Translations under genes and position numbers: made by a program
Origin: Candidatus Gottesmanbacteria bacterium
Lineage (GTDB): Bacteria; Patescibacteriota; Microgenomatia; UBA10105; UBA927
NCBI GenBank assembly: GCA_016214885.1
Contig: JACRMP010000005.1
Coordinates: 6,725-70,724, forward strand
Length of the DNA stretch: 64,000 nt
Direction of reading: 5' to 3'
The notes under the pieces: generated by a model
The model's database searches: none
What the model saw: the letters and a program-made list of their open reading frames with translations, nothing else
Told to the model about the DNA's origin: nothing
In this document: positions 19,974 through 29,806 of the stretch, piece by piece
Layout: each line of letters starts with the position of its first letter
How positions within the stretch are numbered: the stretch's first letter is position 1

Positions 19974-21527
19974 TTATGGGGCAGGGCTCTCCTGAGGCTC
20001 ATCCTCGGTTGCGATTCCATATGATGATAACACCTGCCGGAACCCCTGGTTAACCGTCGTCAACACCTGAGTCGGCGATCCACCGTTGGTCATACCGTTT
20101 ATCCCATCGGTAAGATACTTGATGAGTTTATCGTTTATGCCGTTATCAAATGTCCGGGATGCCAATGGAAAACTTCTGGCGTATACCGCCTGTTTCACAA
20201 ACGCACCCAGATACTGGTCATCTGCAATGGTGTTGGCAAGCTCCACCCGTGCATATGGCTCGCCGAACAACCGTGTGGCAGATGCTGAGGTATACAGCTT
20301 TGCCGCACCTTCTTTACTGGTCATAAATTTCACAAACTCCCAAGCGGCTTCCTGATTAGGGCTTTTTGCCGAGACTCCCTCCACCCAATAGGAGGCCCAA
20401 GCTACGGCGTTACCCTGAAGCTGTGGAATGGGGGCTATATGAAACCGCAGTTTAGGGTTAATAACGGCTATCTCATGTGCCCGCCAGGAAGGGGCGATAA
20501 TCATGGCTGCTCTCCCCGCAGCAAATGCGGAAACCGAATTATCCATGCCGTCGCTCCATGTATACAGCGGATCAGAAGGATCAGCAAATTTCCGGTAAAA
20601 GACCAGCGTGCCTTCAGCTTCCTTACCTATCGGCTTTTTCAGATTTGCCCCGTTTTGGATGAACATAACTGCCAGAATATCGCTAAAGTGTTCGACGTTG
20701 TTAGTAGTTCCCAGCGCGATGGCACTGGTAACAATCGCCGTACCGTTTTTTACCGTGAGACGCGGAATAAGATTAATTACATCCGTCCATGTAGTGGGAG
20801 GAGTTACCCCTGCGGTCGCAAACAATTCGTCATTTATATATAGGCCCAGGCCGTCGATCATGAGCGGGATGCCAAATATGGCGTTACCCGCCACCAAATC
20901 GTTATTAGCTACCGGAAAAAATGTGTTACTGAATTCTGCGGGCGTCATAACCGTTGGAGGCACGGTGGCAAGCTGGGTCCTCAGCATGGGAAACCACGTG
21001 TTATGAAACCTGAATATATCAGGGCCTTCCCCCCGGTTAATCGCAGACTGCAGGCGCTCGCGGTATTGCTTGGGCGACTGTGATGTGTACTGTACTTTGA
21101 TATTAGGATGTGTTGCCTCAAAATCAGCGAGCAGCTGCCGGGTAACGGCATCGTTTTCCCACAAGCCCCAGTAATTAAGCGTCACTTCTTTGGAAGCTAT
21201 GCCACCACCGCCGGCAACCATGCGGTAGCCAAACACCCCTCCGACAATAAGAAGGATAATCACACCAAAAATAATAAGCAGGCGCAGAATTGGACTTTTT
21301 CCGCGCGTGGGTGCCGCATTGTCCGGCACCTGTAAATTGGGGATAAACGGGTTCACCGATGCCTGCGCGGGAGCCGCCGCGGGAGGAACTGCTGCAGGAT
21401 CAGACGGAGGAACAATGAAAGTATCGGGAGCAGGTTCAGGCGGCGCCTGAAAAACCGGTTCCGCAATTCCTATCCCTCCGGGGTGGGCACTTGGTGGTTC
21501 CGGTGCTTGTGGGTCTTTTGGATCCAT
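19974..21527 (-). CDS. membrane-anchored extracellular solute-binding protein (ABC-type, sugar-binding family 1-like)
   Basis: Pro-rich N-terminus, a TM anchor, then a periplasmic binding-protein-like domain (GLWENDAV...IFGIPLMIDGLGLYINDELF). Confidence 0.6.
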   Translation of the reverse strand: MDPKDPQAPEPPSAHPGGIGIAEPVFQAPPEPAPDTFIVPPSDPAAVPPAAAPAQASVNPFIPNLQVPDNAAPTRGKSPILRLLIIFGVIILLIVGGVFGYRMVAGGGGIASKEVTLNYWGLWENDAVTRQLLADFEATHPNIKVQYTSQSPKQYRERLQSAINRGEGPDIFRFHNTWFPMLRTQLATVPPTVMTPAEFSNTFFPVANNDLVAGNAIFGIPLMIDGLGLYINDELFATAGVTPPTTWTDVINLIPRLTVKNGTAIVTSAIALGTTNNVEHFSDILAVMFIQNGANLKKPIGKEAEGTLVFYRKFADPSDPLYTWSDGMDNSVSAFAAGRAAMIIAPSWRAHEIAVINPKLRFHIAPIPQLQGNAVAWASYWVEGVSAKSPNQEAAWEFVKFMTSKEGAAKLYTSASATRLFGEPYARVELANTIADDQYLGAFVKQAVYARSFPLASRTFDNGINDKLIKYLTDGINGMTNGGSPTQVLTTVNQGFRQVLSSYGIATEDEPQESPAP

Positions 21528-21528
21528 A

Positions 21529-22971
21529 GTGATGTACGGTACAATGTATCATAGCATGACTCACGACCCACAGGCGAGACCATCACCTCACGCACCGTTA
21601 AGCGGATTATTCCGCGGTGTTGCCATAGGACTTGTCCTTCTTTTTATCTCTATCGGCGTAGGGCTCTCTGTATATGACGCATATTATGAAGAAAAAATTT
21701 ATCCCAACGTGGTCATTGACGGCATAAACTTCGGCGGCAAAACAAGGGAAGAGGTAAAATCATACTGGCAAAACCAGAACATCCCGTTTGCCAAGGCGGT
21801 GTTTGAGTTCAAATTTGAGGGAGAAATCGCCACAATTTCAGGATCTGCGCTTGATCTTGGCTACGACGCAACCCTCTCCGCCACCCAGGCGTATGAAACA
21901 GGACGCAGCGGCAACTGGCTACGGGACTTCACAACAAAATTTTTACGGGGCACTATACACCTTACCCCGTATTTCCGATGGAAATCAGGCCTCGTTGAAG
22001 AAACACTTACCCAAGCGGCCGGCAGAATTGATGTCCCGGTGCAGGAAGCGCTATTTAAATTCGATAACGGCAAAGTAACGACATTCCGTGCGTCTAAAAA
22101 CGGACGCGCAGTACAAAAAGAAGAAGCGCTTGCCCGGTTTGAATCGGCGGTCAAAGCGCTGCCACACGCACCCCAAATGCATGTGGTCATAAACATCCCA
22201 GTTTATACTATCCAACCCACCGCCACGACGGAAAAAGTAAATTCGTTCGGCATCAAAGAGCTTATCGGACGCGGCTACTCTGAATTTACCGGGTCAATTC
22301 CGGGAAGAATCCACAATGTGGCACTCGCCGCGTCCCGCTTAAACGGTATACTTATTCCTCCGGGTGAAACGTTTTCTTTCGTCGATGCAATAGGAGATAT
22401 ATCTGCCGCCACCGGCTACCAATCCGCATATATCATCAAAGAAGGACGTACCGTGCTTGGTGACGGAGGAGGGGTATGTCAGGTAAGCACGACGCTGTTC
22501 CGCTCTGCTCTTGCTGCAGGACTCCCTATTGTGGAGCGCCATGCCCATGCATACCGCGTGCATTATTATGAAGAGGCCGGCTACAAAGCCGGAATAGATG
22601 CTACTGTTTTTTCCCCGACTGTCGATCTCAAGATCAAAAACGATACACCGGCACACATCCTCATCCAAACCAAAACGGACACTAAAAATCTTACTCTTAC
22701 GTTTGAGCTGTATGGTACCCACGACGGAAGAAGCAGTGAAATACTTAATCACATAGTCTACGGCGAATCGTCACCTCCGCCACCGCTTTATCAGGATGAT
22801 CCGACGCTTGCCCCGGGGGTTATACGGCAGGTCGATTGGGCAGCCTGGGGAGCAAAAGCATCATTTACCTACCGGGTTACCCGCGGCAATGAAGTGCTTC
22901 AGAACACCACCTTCAACTCAAACTACCGGCCATGGCAGGCAGTATATCTGCGGGGAGTGGCGGCACAATGA
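21529..22971 (+). CDS. VanW-family protein
   Basis: Conserved VanW core GDGGGVCQVSTTLFRSALAAGLPIVERHAHAY and an N-terminal TM anchor. Confidence 0.8.
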   Translation: MMYGTMYHSMTHDPQARPSPHAPLSGLFRGVAIGLVLLFISIGVGLSVYDAYYEEKIYPNVVIDGINFGGKTREEVKSYWQNQNIPFAKAVFEFKFEGEIATISGSALDLGYDATLSATQAYETGRSGNWLRDFTTKFLRGTIHLTPYFRWKSGLVEETLTQAAGRIDVPVQEALFKFDNGKVTTFRASKNGRAVQKEEALARFESAVKALPHAPQMHVVINIPVYTIQPTATTEKVNSFGIKELIGRGYSEFTGSIPGRIHNVALAASRLNGILIPPGETFSFVDAIGDISAATGYQSAYIIKEGRTVLGDGGGVCQVSTTLFRSALAAGLPIVERHAHAYRVHYYEEAGYKAGIDATVFSPTVDLKIKNDTPAHILIQTKTDTKNLTLTFELYGTHDGRSSEILNHIVYGESSPPPPLYQDDPTLAPGVIRQVDWAAWGAKASFTYRVTRGNEVLQNTTFNSNYRPWQAVYLRGVAAQ

Positions 22972-23384
22972 AAAAAGTTCTGGTCGGCGGCTGTTTTGAT
23001 GTCATTCATTTCGGCCACGTTGATTTTCTGATGTCTGCCAAAAAACTTGGAGACTATCTGGTGGTGGCGCTGGAATCGGATGAAAATGTACGCCACATGA
23101 AAGGTGAATCCCGGCCAATTCATACCCAATCACAACGGAAAGCTATGCTTACAGCCCTTAAAGCAGTCGATGAAGTAATTCTTCTTCCCCCGCTTAAAAC
23201 GGACGAAGATTATGCAAAGCTTGTCCGTTCCGTAAACCCTTCGGTGATTGCTCTTACTGAAGGAGATCCCATGGAAAATAAAAAACGGGCACATGCAGAC
23301 AGCATCCATGCCGCAGTTGTCGTCATACCCAAAATACACACGCCATCCACCTCTCAACTTACAAAACTTCTGGGTCTCGAGTAA
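22968..23384 (+). CDS. cytidylyltransferase-family nucleotidyltransferase (HxGH motif)
   Basis: MKKVLVGGCFDVIHFGHVDFL, the (H/T)xGH signature of the TagD/RfaE-II/FAD-synthase-like family. The ATG at 22968 overlaps the VanW stop. Confidence 0.7.
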   Translation: MKKVLVGGCFDVIHFGHVDFLMSAKKLGDYLVVALESDENVRHMKGESRPIHTQSQRKAMLTALKAVDEVILLPPLKTDEDYAKLVRSVNPSVIALTEGDPMENKKRAHADSIHAAVVVIPKIHTPSTSQLTKLLGLE

Positions 23385-23394
23385 AATACGACTC

Positions 23395-24447
23395 ATGAAG
23401 ATCCTTGCCATCGAATCATCGTGCGATGAGACTGCGGCGTCCGTCGTAGTTGATGGCGTCCGAGTACTCAGTAATGTTGTCGCAAGTAGCCGGCAAATGC
23501 ATGAAAAATACGGCGGCATTGTACCGGAAGTTGCCGCCCGCATGCAGTTATCCTCCATTATTCCCACTATCACTGAAGCCTTGCTCCCTATAGGTGACCC
23601 GTCAGAATCATTACTACACCGTATCACCAAACACATAGATGCCATAGCGGTCACCATAGGGCCAGGGCTCATCGGCTCGCTGCTTGTCGGAGTAGAAACG
23701 GCAAAAACCATTGCCATGGCAACCCGCAAACCGGTTATCCCCGTCAATCATGTGCTCGCTCATATGTACGCAAACTTTATTGATACCCGTAATCCTATTC
23801 AGTTCCCGGCAATTTCTCTGGTCGTTTCCGGCGGACACACCGAGCTCTACCTTATGGAATCCCCGGAAAAACTCACCTGGTTAGGCGGCACCATAGACGA
23901 TGCAGCGGGAGAATGCTTTGATAAAACAGCCAGACTTCTGGGCTTTGGGCATGGAGGAGGAGTTGCCATACAGAATGCAGCCCGGTTAAGCCGCAGCATA
24001 GGTAAACCGGTGCTTCCGCGGCCGATGCTAGATAAAGAAAACGCGCTGAACTTTTCGTTCAGCGGCTTAAAGACGGCAATACTCCGGCAAACCCAAAAAC
24101 TCCAATCGGCTGGTCTTTGGAACGATGTTGCCATTGCAGATCTTTCGTATGAAGTTCAGGAAGCAATCACTGACGTACTGGTGAAAAAAACACTCCGGGC
24201 GTTAAACTTGCATCACGCATCAACCATACTTCTATCCGGAGGAGTATCTGCAAATACCCGCCTAAGAGAAAAATTCAATGAGCGAATACAGGAAACCGGT
24301 ATGGCAATTACCCTTCACGCACCTCCGGTACCGCTGTGCACGGATAATGCGGTATACATAGGAAGCTACGCACATTTCCGGGGGAATCCGGTATCATGGC
24401 AAGAAATTAACGCATTTCCTGATTTATCGGTGGAAGTAAGGAGCTGA
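23395..24447 (+). CDS. tsaD: tRNA N6-adenosine threonylcarbamoyltransferase TsaD (Kae1/Gcp)
   Basis: MKILAIESSCDETAASVV N-terminus and conserved His/metal-binding motifs. Start moved to the internal ATG at 23395. Confidence 0.9.
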   Translation: MKILAIESSCDETAASVVVDGVRVLSNVVASSRQMHEKYGGIVPEVAARMQLSSIIPTITEALLPIGDPSESLLHRITKHIDAIAVTIGPGLIGSLLVGVETAKTIAMATRKPVIPVNHVLAHMYANFIDTRNPIQFPAISLVVSGGHTELYLMESPEKLTWLGGTIDDAAGECFDKTARLLGFGHGGGVAIQNAARLSRSIGKPVLPRPMLDKENALNFSFSGLKTAILRQTQKLQSAGLWNDVAIADLSYEVQEAITDVLVKKTLRALNLHHASTILLSGGVSANTRLREKFNERIQETGMAITLHAPPVPLCTDNAVYIGSYAHFRGNPVSWQEINAFPDLSVEVRS

Positions 24448-24943
24448 TAATTTCCGCTTCCTCCCTACTCCAGGGAGAATACGGATCAGGATTATTTTTG
24501 ATATCAGCAAGAAATGCCCCCCACTCCATCCATTTCCACTCTTCGGTTTCTAGGAGGTTAGGGATTGGATCATTGTCGGTAAATCCCACCAGGATAGGAC
24601 AAATTTCGTTTTCGACAATCCCGTTTTTATCCGCGAACCGGTACCGGTAGGGAGCAATCTCACGCAGTGTTACCCCGGTAATTCCCAGTTCTTCTTTTAA
24701 CCTTCGCTCCGCTGCGGCCACGGGTGTTTCATTAACTGACAAATGTCCACATACCGCGTTAGTCCAGACCCCGGGAAATGTTTTCTTCGTGGAAGCCCGC
24801 TTGGTAAGCAATACCTGATTTTTAGTATTAAACAAAAATAACGAAAACGCCCGGTGAAGCGGAGTGTCTTTGGTATGCACCGTATCTTTATCCGCGGTGC
24901 CGATTGGCATATTAGCATCATCAACTAAAACAACTAATTCCAT
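24407..24943 (-). CDS. idi: isopentenyl-diphosphate delta-isomerase type 1 (Nudix fold)
   Basis: HRAFSLFLFN...TNAVCGHLSVNETPVAAAERRLKEELGI with the conserved Cys and Glu of IDI-1. Confidence 0.75.
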   Translation of the reverse strand: MELVVLVDDANMPIGTADKDTVHTKDTPLHRAFSLFLFNTKNQVLLTKRASTKKTFPGVWTNAVCGHLSVNETPVAAAERRLKEELGITGVTLREIAPYRYRFADKNGIVENEICPILVGFTDNDPIPNLLETEEWKWMEWGAFLADIKNNPDPYSPWSREEAEIISSLLPPINQEMR

Positions 24944-24974
24944 ATGTGTAGTAGTGAATTAAAAAATATATAGT

Positions 24975-25031
24975 ATCACCTTGGTGAGTCAGCTTGGGAT
25001 CATCCCCTCGACATCTATCTTATAGCGGATA
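24975..25031 (-). other. degenerate duplicate of the tRNA 3' half (anticodon-stem/variable-loop/acceptor arm), ending in an encoded CACCA. Putative relic att repeat.
   Basis: Reverse strand CTATAAGATAGATGTC...GATCCCAAGCTGACtCACCA shares 15-nt and 14-nt blocks with the adjacent tRNA 3' half but has a scrambled T-arm. Confidence 0.45.
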
Positions 25032-25046
25032 CGTATTTATTGTAAG

Positions 25047-25118
25047 TGGGTCAGCTTGGGATCGGACCAAGGACATCTATCTTATAAGGATAGCGCTCTA
25101 CCACTGAGCTACTGACCC
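25047..25118 (-). tRNA. tRNA-Ile(UAU)-like tRNA gene (anticodon loop CUUAUAA), unusual T-loop TCCGATC, CCA not encoded
   Basis: Manual cloverleaf on the reverse strand. Acceptor GGGTCAG/CTGACCC, D-arm GCTC-AGTGGTA-GAGC, anticodon stem CTATC/GATAG and T-stem CTTGG/CCAAG all pair perfectly. Confidence 0.6.
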
Positions 25119-25354
25119 TAAATTCTTAATTTTAAAAATCTTCTACCAAATCCTGTTTTAAAATACTTTTCTCGTTTAATTGCCTTCTTTTCATCTAAAC
25201 ATGCTTCATAATATATCAAATCAAACGGTCTTCTGTGTTTCGTTGAATTAACGCCACCTTTATTATGCTCATTAATCCTTCTTCTTAAATCATTACAAAA
25301 ACCTATATATAAATCATTATCTTTACGACTTCGCAATACGTATGTATAAAACAT
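25118..25354 (-). CDS. GIY-YIG nuclease-domain protein (YhbQ/UPF0213-like)
   Basis: FYTYVLRSRKDNDLYIGFCNDLRRRINEHN...KHRRPFDLIYYE...AIKREKYFK motifs of the GIY-YIG family. The stop codon abuts the tRNA 5' end. Confidence 0.75.
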   Translation of the reverse strand: MFYTYVLRSRKDNDLYIGFCNDLRRRINEHNKGGVNSTKHRRPFDLIYYEACLDEKKAIKREKYFKTGFGRRFLKLRI

Positions 25355-25463
25355 ACACTGACCTGCCCGCAACGCCTGAGCAAGCTCATGCTTGCGATGG
25401 CGGGCGGGGCTACTGACCCGGGGTACGGTATAGATTGTATCAAAGGAGAAGAACGCGTGCTAC

Positions 25464-26861
25464 CTAGGGCTGTAGGAGTTCTTCCATGCGGGCTTCGATC
25501 TCGAGGGAGCGCTTTTTATTTTTTGCAAAAATAATAAATGAAAACTTCTGCATACGCAGCAAATTTTCACTGGTAAGAATTAAGCCCTCTTTTGTGTCCT
25601 TATCAAACAATATCGGATGTAACCGCTCTTTGAGACTCAAAAACGTTTGCCGCTTAAGCTGTGGGATCATGTAGCCATTATTGGAAAAAAGATACGTATC
25701 AAACATAAAATTATCTCCAAAAAGCGCAACCGCCGTCGTATACACAAACGTTCCGCCGGTGCTTCTTACATTGGATTCCGCAACATATATTTCACCGTTT
25801 TTTCCTGCAACATAATCCACATCAAAATATCCACGGTAACCGCTGGCCGCAAACCGCTCCGCTATATAAAATCCGGTATCCTTAATCCGCGCCGCCACCC
25901 GTTCCGGCATTATGTCGTGACCGATTTCAATACCGTGGAAAGCACCCTCCTTGGTTACTAGCACCCCACAGTGATACAGGAAATCAATGTGTCCGTTTCT
26001 GTTAATTTTAAATTCCACATTCGGGTTACCTCCGGCTATCGTACTGCTTATCTGAATTAATTTTTCTATGATAATCGGAAACTGCTGCCAATATGCATCC
26101 TTATTAAGCAGGGCATAAATTTTTGCCTGGCATGCATGATACTCATTTGGCAAATCCCCTTCCCTGAATATTTCCACTCCCATGCCAGAATGCCCTTTAT
26201 TTGTTTTTATGACTACTCCCTGTTCTTTCACATACCGTATCGCGGCAATTTTTGATGCGTCCTCTATGCCGAAACAGATAACACCATCTGCCATTTTAAA
26301 GTCAGGCTCTTCATTGCCGCTTTGTTGGGCAAGCTGACGGATACCTGACTTACTGCCATAAAAATTAACCGTCCAGGCATCCTCCTCATCGGGAGCTTCA
26401 GGCGTCACGATGGTTAACCCTTTCTCACGAAGCGCCTTCACGAGATATAAAAACGGTTGGCTCACCGAATAGCTTGTCATCGTAAGTTTCTTAGATGAAT
26501 TTGCCGCTTCGACCAACGAATTCATAATAGACGGATCGTGCAGGATATCTTCACAGATTACTCCGCTATGTTGTGCGGTCGTCAACACACTTAAACGGGT
26601 ATTGGGGAAAAGTGAACGGAAATAATCCAGAAATTCCTTGCTTACTCCCTGGGGGGTAATATATAAAACGTCGTTATCCTCACCGGAGAACTGGAACATC
26701 CGAACGTCTCCCAAATAGCCGTTTTCCACAATTTCCGCAGACTTTGCATTCGGGTCGGACATGGCAGAGATAAACGGCCATACGTCTTCCGACATGTTAA
26801 AAATGTAGACTAAAACGTTATGTTTTTTTTCGGAGGAAGTATCCTCAGGAAGTTGACTCAT
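25464..26861 (-). CDS. ATP-grasp-fold domain protein (hypothetical ligase)
   Basis: Central VIKTNKGHSGMGVEIF and C-terminal YFDVDYVAGKNGEIYVAESNVRSTGG (E-x-N) ATP-grasp-like signatures. Confidence 0.45.
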   Translation of the reverse strand: MSQLPEDTSSEKKHNVLVYIFNMSEDVWPFISAMSDPNAKSAEIVENGYLGDVRMFQFSGEDNDVLYITPQGVSKEFLDYFRSLFPNTRLSVLTTAQHSGVICEDILHDPSIMNSLVEAANSSKKLTMTSYSVSQPFLYLVKALREKGLTIVTPEAPDEEDAWTVNFYGSKSGIRQLAQQSGNEEPDFKMADGVICFGIEDASKIAAIRYVKEQGVVIKTNKGHSGMGVEIFREGDLPNEYHACQAKIYALLNKDAYWQQFPIIIEKLIQISSTIAGGNPNVEFKINRNGHIDFLYHCGVLVTKEGAFHGIEIGHDIMPERVAARIKDTGFYIAERFAASGYRGYFDVDYVAGKNGEIYVAESNVRSTGGTFVYTTAVALFGDNFMFDTYLFSNNGYMIPQLKRQTFLSLKERLHPILFDKDTKEGLILTSENLLRMQKFSFIIFAKNKKRSLEIEARMEELLQP

Positions 26862-26940
26862 GAATAAAATTTATTATCGAATATTTAGAGAGCATTACAT
26901 GTTTTTTTTCTAATGTAAAGAGAGGAGTTAAGAAGATGCG

Positions 26941-29370
26941 TTATAACCGGGCACGTTCCTGTATTTCCGCTTCGATTAATTCACGCGCCTGCCCGTATTT
27001 AAGCCGCGACAACTGGATAATGGCTGCAGCCACATCCCTGTTTCTCTCGGCATTAACAACCGTCATATCTTTAGACAAATCCACACTAAACGGTTTCACC
27101 GGCTCGTTGTGCACAATTGTTTTAACATATGCGTTGAATTTGTCTATATTGATTAAATCAATTTCATTAAATGTCGGCTGGAATTCGTGTTGGAGATAAT
27201 TGGCATCGGTGACACCGACACGGAATGTTATGAGAGTTCCGACGTTTCCGAATACGGCGTTCTTCACTTCTTCTTCCATTTGTCCGATAAATTGGTTGGC
27301 TACGGTAAGGCTTAACCGGTATTTACGAGCCTCGGACAAAATCTGCGCAAAATCTGGGGTGGCAAAATTCTGGAACTCATCGACATACAGGTAAAAGTCA
27401 CGCCGCTTTTCCTCGGGAACATCCTGTCTGCTCATCGCGGCGATAAGAATACGCGGAACCAAAATTAATCCCAGGAAATTGCTGTTTTCTTCGCCCAATT
27501 TTCCCTTAGAGAGATTTACCAGTAAGATTTTCCCCTCATCCATGACCTTACGGAAGTTAAAGCTTGATTCCGACTGCCCAATGATGTTGCGCATGAGTTT
27601 ATTGGTGACGAAACGTCCGAATTTGGAAACGATATAATCCAACACCTCAGACTTATGGAAGTCAGCGGTCTGTGCAATCTGATCCGTCCAGTATCTTCTG
27701 ATGATCGGATCCTGCACCTTGGGCAACAGCTCCTGTACAAAATTGGCGTCTGTTAATATACGCACCACTTCAATAAAGGTGGTGCCCGGCTCATACATTA
27801 CCGTCAACATGGCGTTTCTTACCGCGTGTTCAAACCGCGGACCGATAATACCGGTTTTCTGCGGATCATAAAGCTTGTACATAAGTCCGACGATACTCGT
27901 TACCACAAAATGCTTCTGCTCCTCAGTTTCTGCCTCTAACATGTTAAGACCCATCGGCCGCTCACCGTCGGACGGATCAAAATAAATAACGTCTTCCGCG
28001 CGTTCCGGCGGAATACGGGTTAAAATACCGTCGATTAAATCTCCGTGGGGATCAATAACGGCAAGTCCCTTGCCCGCTTTTACATCCTGGATGACCAACT
28101 CTTCAAGCATTTGTGATTTTCCGGTACCCGTTTTTCCGATAACATAAATATGCCGCCTTCTGTCGTCATCCCCAATAAATATCGGCCTGTCTACGCCGCG
28201 GTACCTCGAAACACCAACATATAAACCACTCGATGCTATCTGCATCGGTGCAGGTGCACGTTTGGCATTCAGCCAAAAAATATGAGGAGTCTCAATCGAT
28301 TTATTCGGTAAATGATAAATGGTTGCCAATTCATCGCTGTTTAAAACACCGTACTGCTTAAACATCGGCAAATTCACCATGGGGAAATACCGGTATATAA
28401 AGTCGATCATAAAAAACTTCTTCATCGGATGCTTCACCTTGGAAAAGTGGTTGTGATCCGACGTATATTGGTGAAATGACGTAAGCAGGTTCTCAAGGTG
28501 CGCATCAGCCGCTTCCTTGGTGGCGGCGGATACAACCAGCCGGATGACGGTATTAAATCCCGGCTTAGATACTTTTTGTTCTATGGATTCCAATGTTTTA
28601 GCGTCTACCTTAAAACTTGCCTTCTCAGGATTGGCTTCATTCTTTTTTGTTTTAGAAATATACGATCTCCCTAAACTGCTCCACTTGCTTCCTGCGGGCT
28701 GGATAAGCACCTGGATCACCGCTCCCTCACCCTCTGCCATTTTGGCCAACACGCTGGTAATGGATGATAATGGATCAATGGGTAAATCACGGAATACCCT
28801 GATAGGCAGATAGTCGGAATTTTTCGGAGTAAGAGCTGCAAACGCTACTTTGCCGTTTTCAGAAAATATGTTGTATTCATCAACAATTTTTACATCTGCA
28901 CCCGGATATGAACCGTGAATCTGCTTTTCTACAAGATCGATAAACCGTTTGGGAGCTGCTATATAAAACCGTATGTCTTCCCTTTTGGCGACGATCTCAA
29001 ACGATATATGATCTTGCGGCTTGAGGAATGACCAGAATCCTCCGTGATACATAGCGTGCAGGCTGGCGAACATTTGTTCAGCGGCGTCAATTTTTATTTC
29101 ATTGTCACGCGGCGTTGCCACCTGCATGAGTGTATATTCCATTGATCGCTTCTCGCGGTCACGGTATTTCCATGCCAAAAATAATACATAGCCCAACACG
29201 GCAAACCCGATGAGACAAAAGGTAAGGATAAGCAGTGCTACTCCCAGCACTTCAAGTTGATACACAATATCGGCAAATTCGAGCGGCATAATATTATTCA
29301 GTAGTTGACCGTGTTGTTTTTCCTTTTGCGGAGGTAAGCAATATGTGCGCCTGCTTGAGCTGGCGTTCAC
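26941..29370 (-). CDS. membrane-anchored VirD4/TraG/TraD-family coupling-protein-like P-loop ATPase
   Basis: N-terminal TM helices. Walker A VIGKTGTGKSQ followed by AVIDPHGDL (the DPKGD-like motif of TrwB/VirD4) and Walker B LYVDEFQNF. Confidence 0.55.
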   Translation of the reverse strand: MNASSSRRTYCLPPQKEKQHGQLLNNIMPLEFADIVYQLEVLGVALLILTFCLIGFAVLGYVLFLAWKYRDREKRSMEYTLMQVATPRDNEIKIDAAEQMFASLHAMYHGGFWSFLKPQDHISFEIVAKREDIRFYIAAPKRFIDLVEKQIHGSYPGADVKIVDEYNIFSENGKVAFAALTPKNSDYLPIRVFRDLPIDPLSSITSVLAKMAEGEGAVIQVLIQPAGSKWSSLGRSYISKTKKNEANPEKASFKVDAKTLESIEQKVSKPGFNTVIRLVVSAATKEAADAHLENLLTSFHQYTSDHNHFSKVKHPMKKFFMIDFIYRYFPMVNLPMFKQYGVLNSDELATIYHLPNKSIETPHIFWLNAKRAPAPMQIASSGLYVGVSRYRGVDRPIFIGDDDRRRHIYVIGKTGTGKSQMLEELVIQDVKAGKGLAVIDPHGDLIDGILTRIPPERAEDVIYFDPSDGERPMGLNMLEAETEEQKHFVVTSIVGLMYKLYDPQKTGIIGPRFEHAVRNAMLTVMYEPGTTFIEVVRILTDANFVQELLPKVQDPIIRRYWTDQIAQTADFHKSEVLDYIVSKFGRFVTNKLMRNIIGQSESSFNFRKVMDEGKILLVNLSKGKLGEENSNFLGLILVPRILIAAMSRQDVPEEKRRDFYLYVDEFQNFATPDFAQILSEARKYRLSLTVANQFIGQMEEEVKNAVFGNVGTLITFRVGVTDANYLQHEFQPTFNEIDLINIDKFNAYVKTIVHNEPVKPFSVDLSKDMTVVNAERNRDVAAAIIQLSRLKYGQARELIEAEIQERARL

Positions 29371-29806
29371 ACCACTCAGCCAGCCAACGCCACGAACTCA
29401 TGAGACTCTGATGAAGCCCCTGTGCTATCTGGTCATCGGTAAGAGGAAGGGTAATCGCTGCTACCTGCGAGGCGGGAGGAGCCGCCGGCCCCACTGCACT
29501 AACCCCCATTTTTTGGACAATATGCGGCAACTCTATACTATCTGACTTCATGGAAACACCCGCCATTCTGACTTCGGGGGATAATTCAGTATCTTTTCCC
29601 ACTTCTGCCATCAGAGGAGCCTCGACTGCACCGACTATCGGCGCCACTTCCTTTGCCATGCTTCCCACCACACCGGCCGGCTGCGGGTTTACCGGCGGGG
29701 ATGTATTTGACTTAGCATTGGGCAGATCATCCATATTTATTATTCTATCATGAACCATACACGAATATGACGCCTGACGAAGGCCATGAAACATTACCGG
29801 CGGCAC
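29294..29806 (-). CDS. hypothetical protein (170 aa), in an operon between the 696-aa protein and the VirD4-like ATPase
   Basis: ORF overlaps both neighbours on the same strand. No recognisable motif. Confidence 0.3.
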   Translation of the reverse strand: MPPVMFHGLRQASYSCMVHDRIINMDDLPNAKSNTSPPVNPQPAGVVGSMAKEVAPIVGAVEAPLMAEVGKDTELSPEVRMAGVSMKSDSIELPHIVQKMGVSAVGPAAPPASQVAAITLPLTDDQIAQGLHQSLMSSWRWLAEWCERQLKQAHILLTSAKGKTTRSTTE

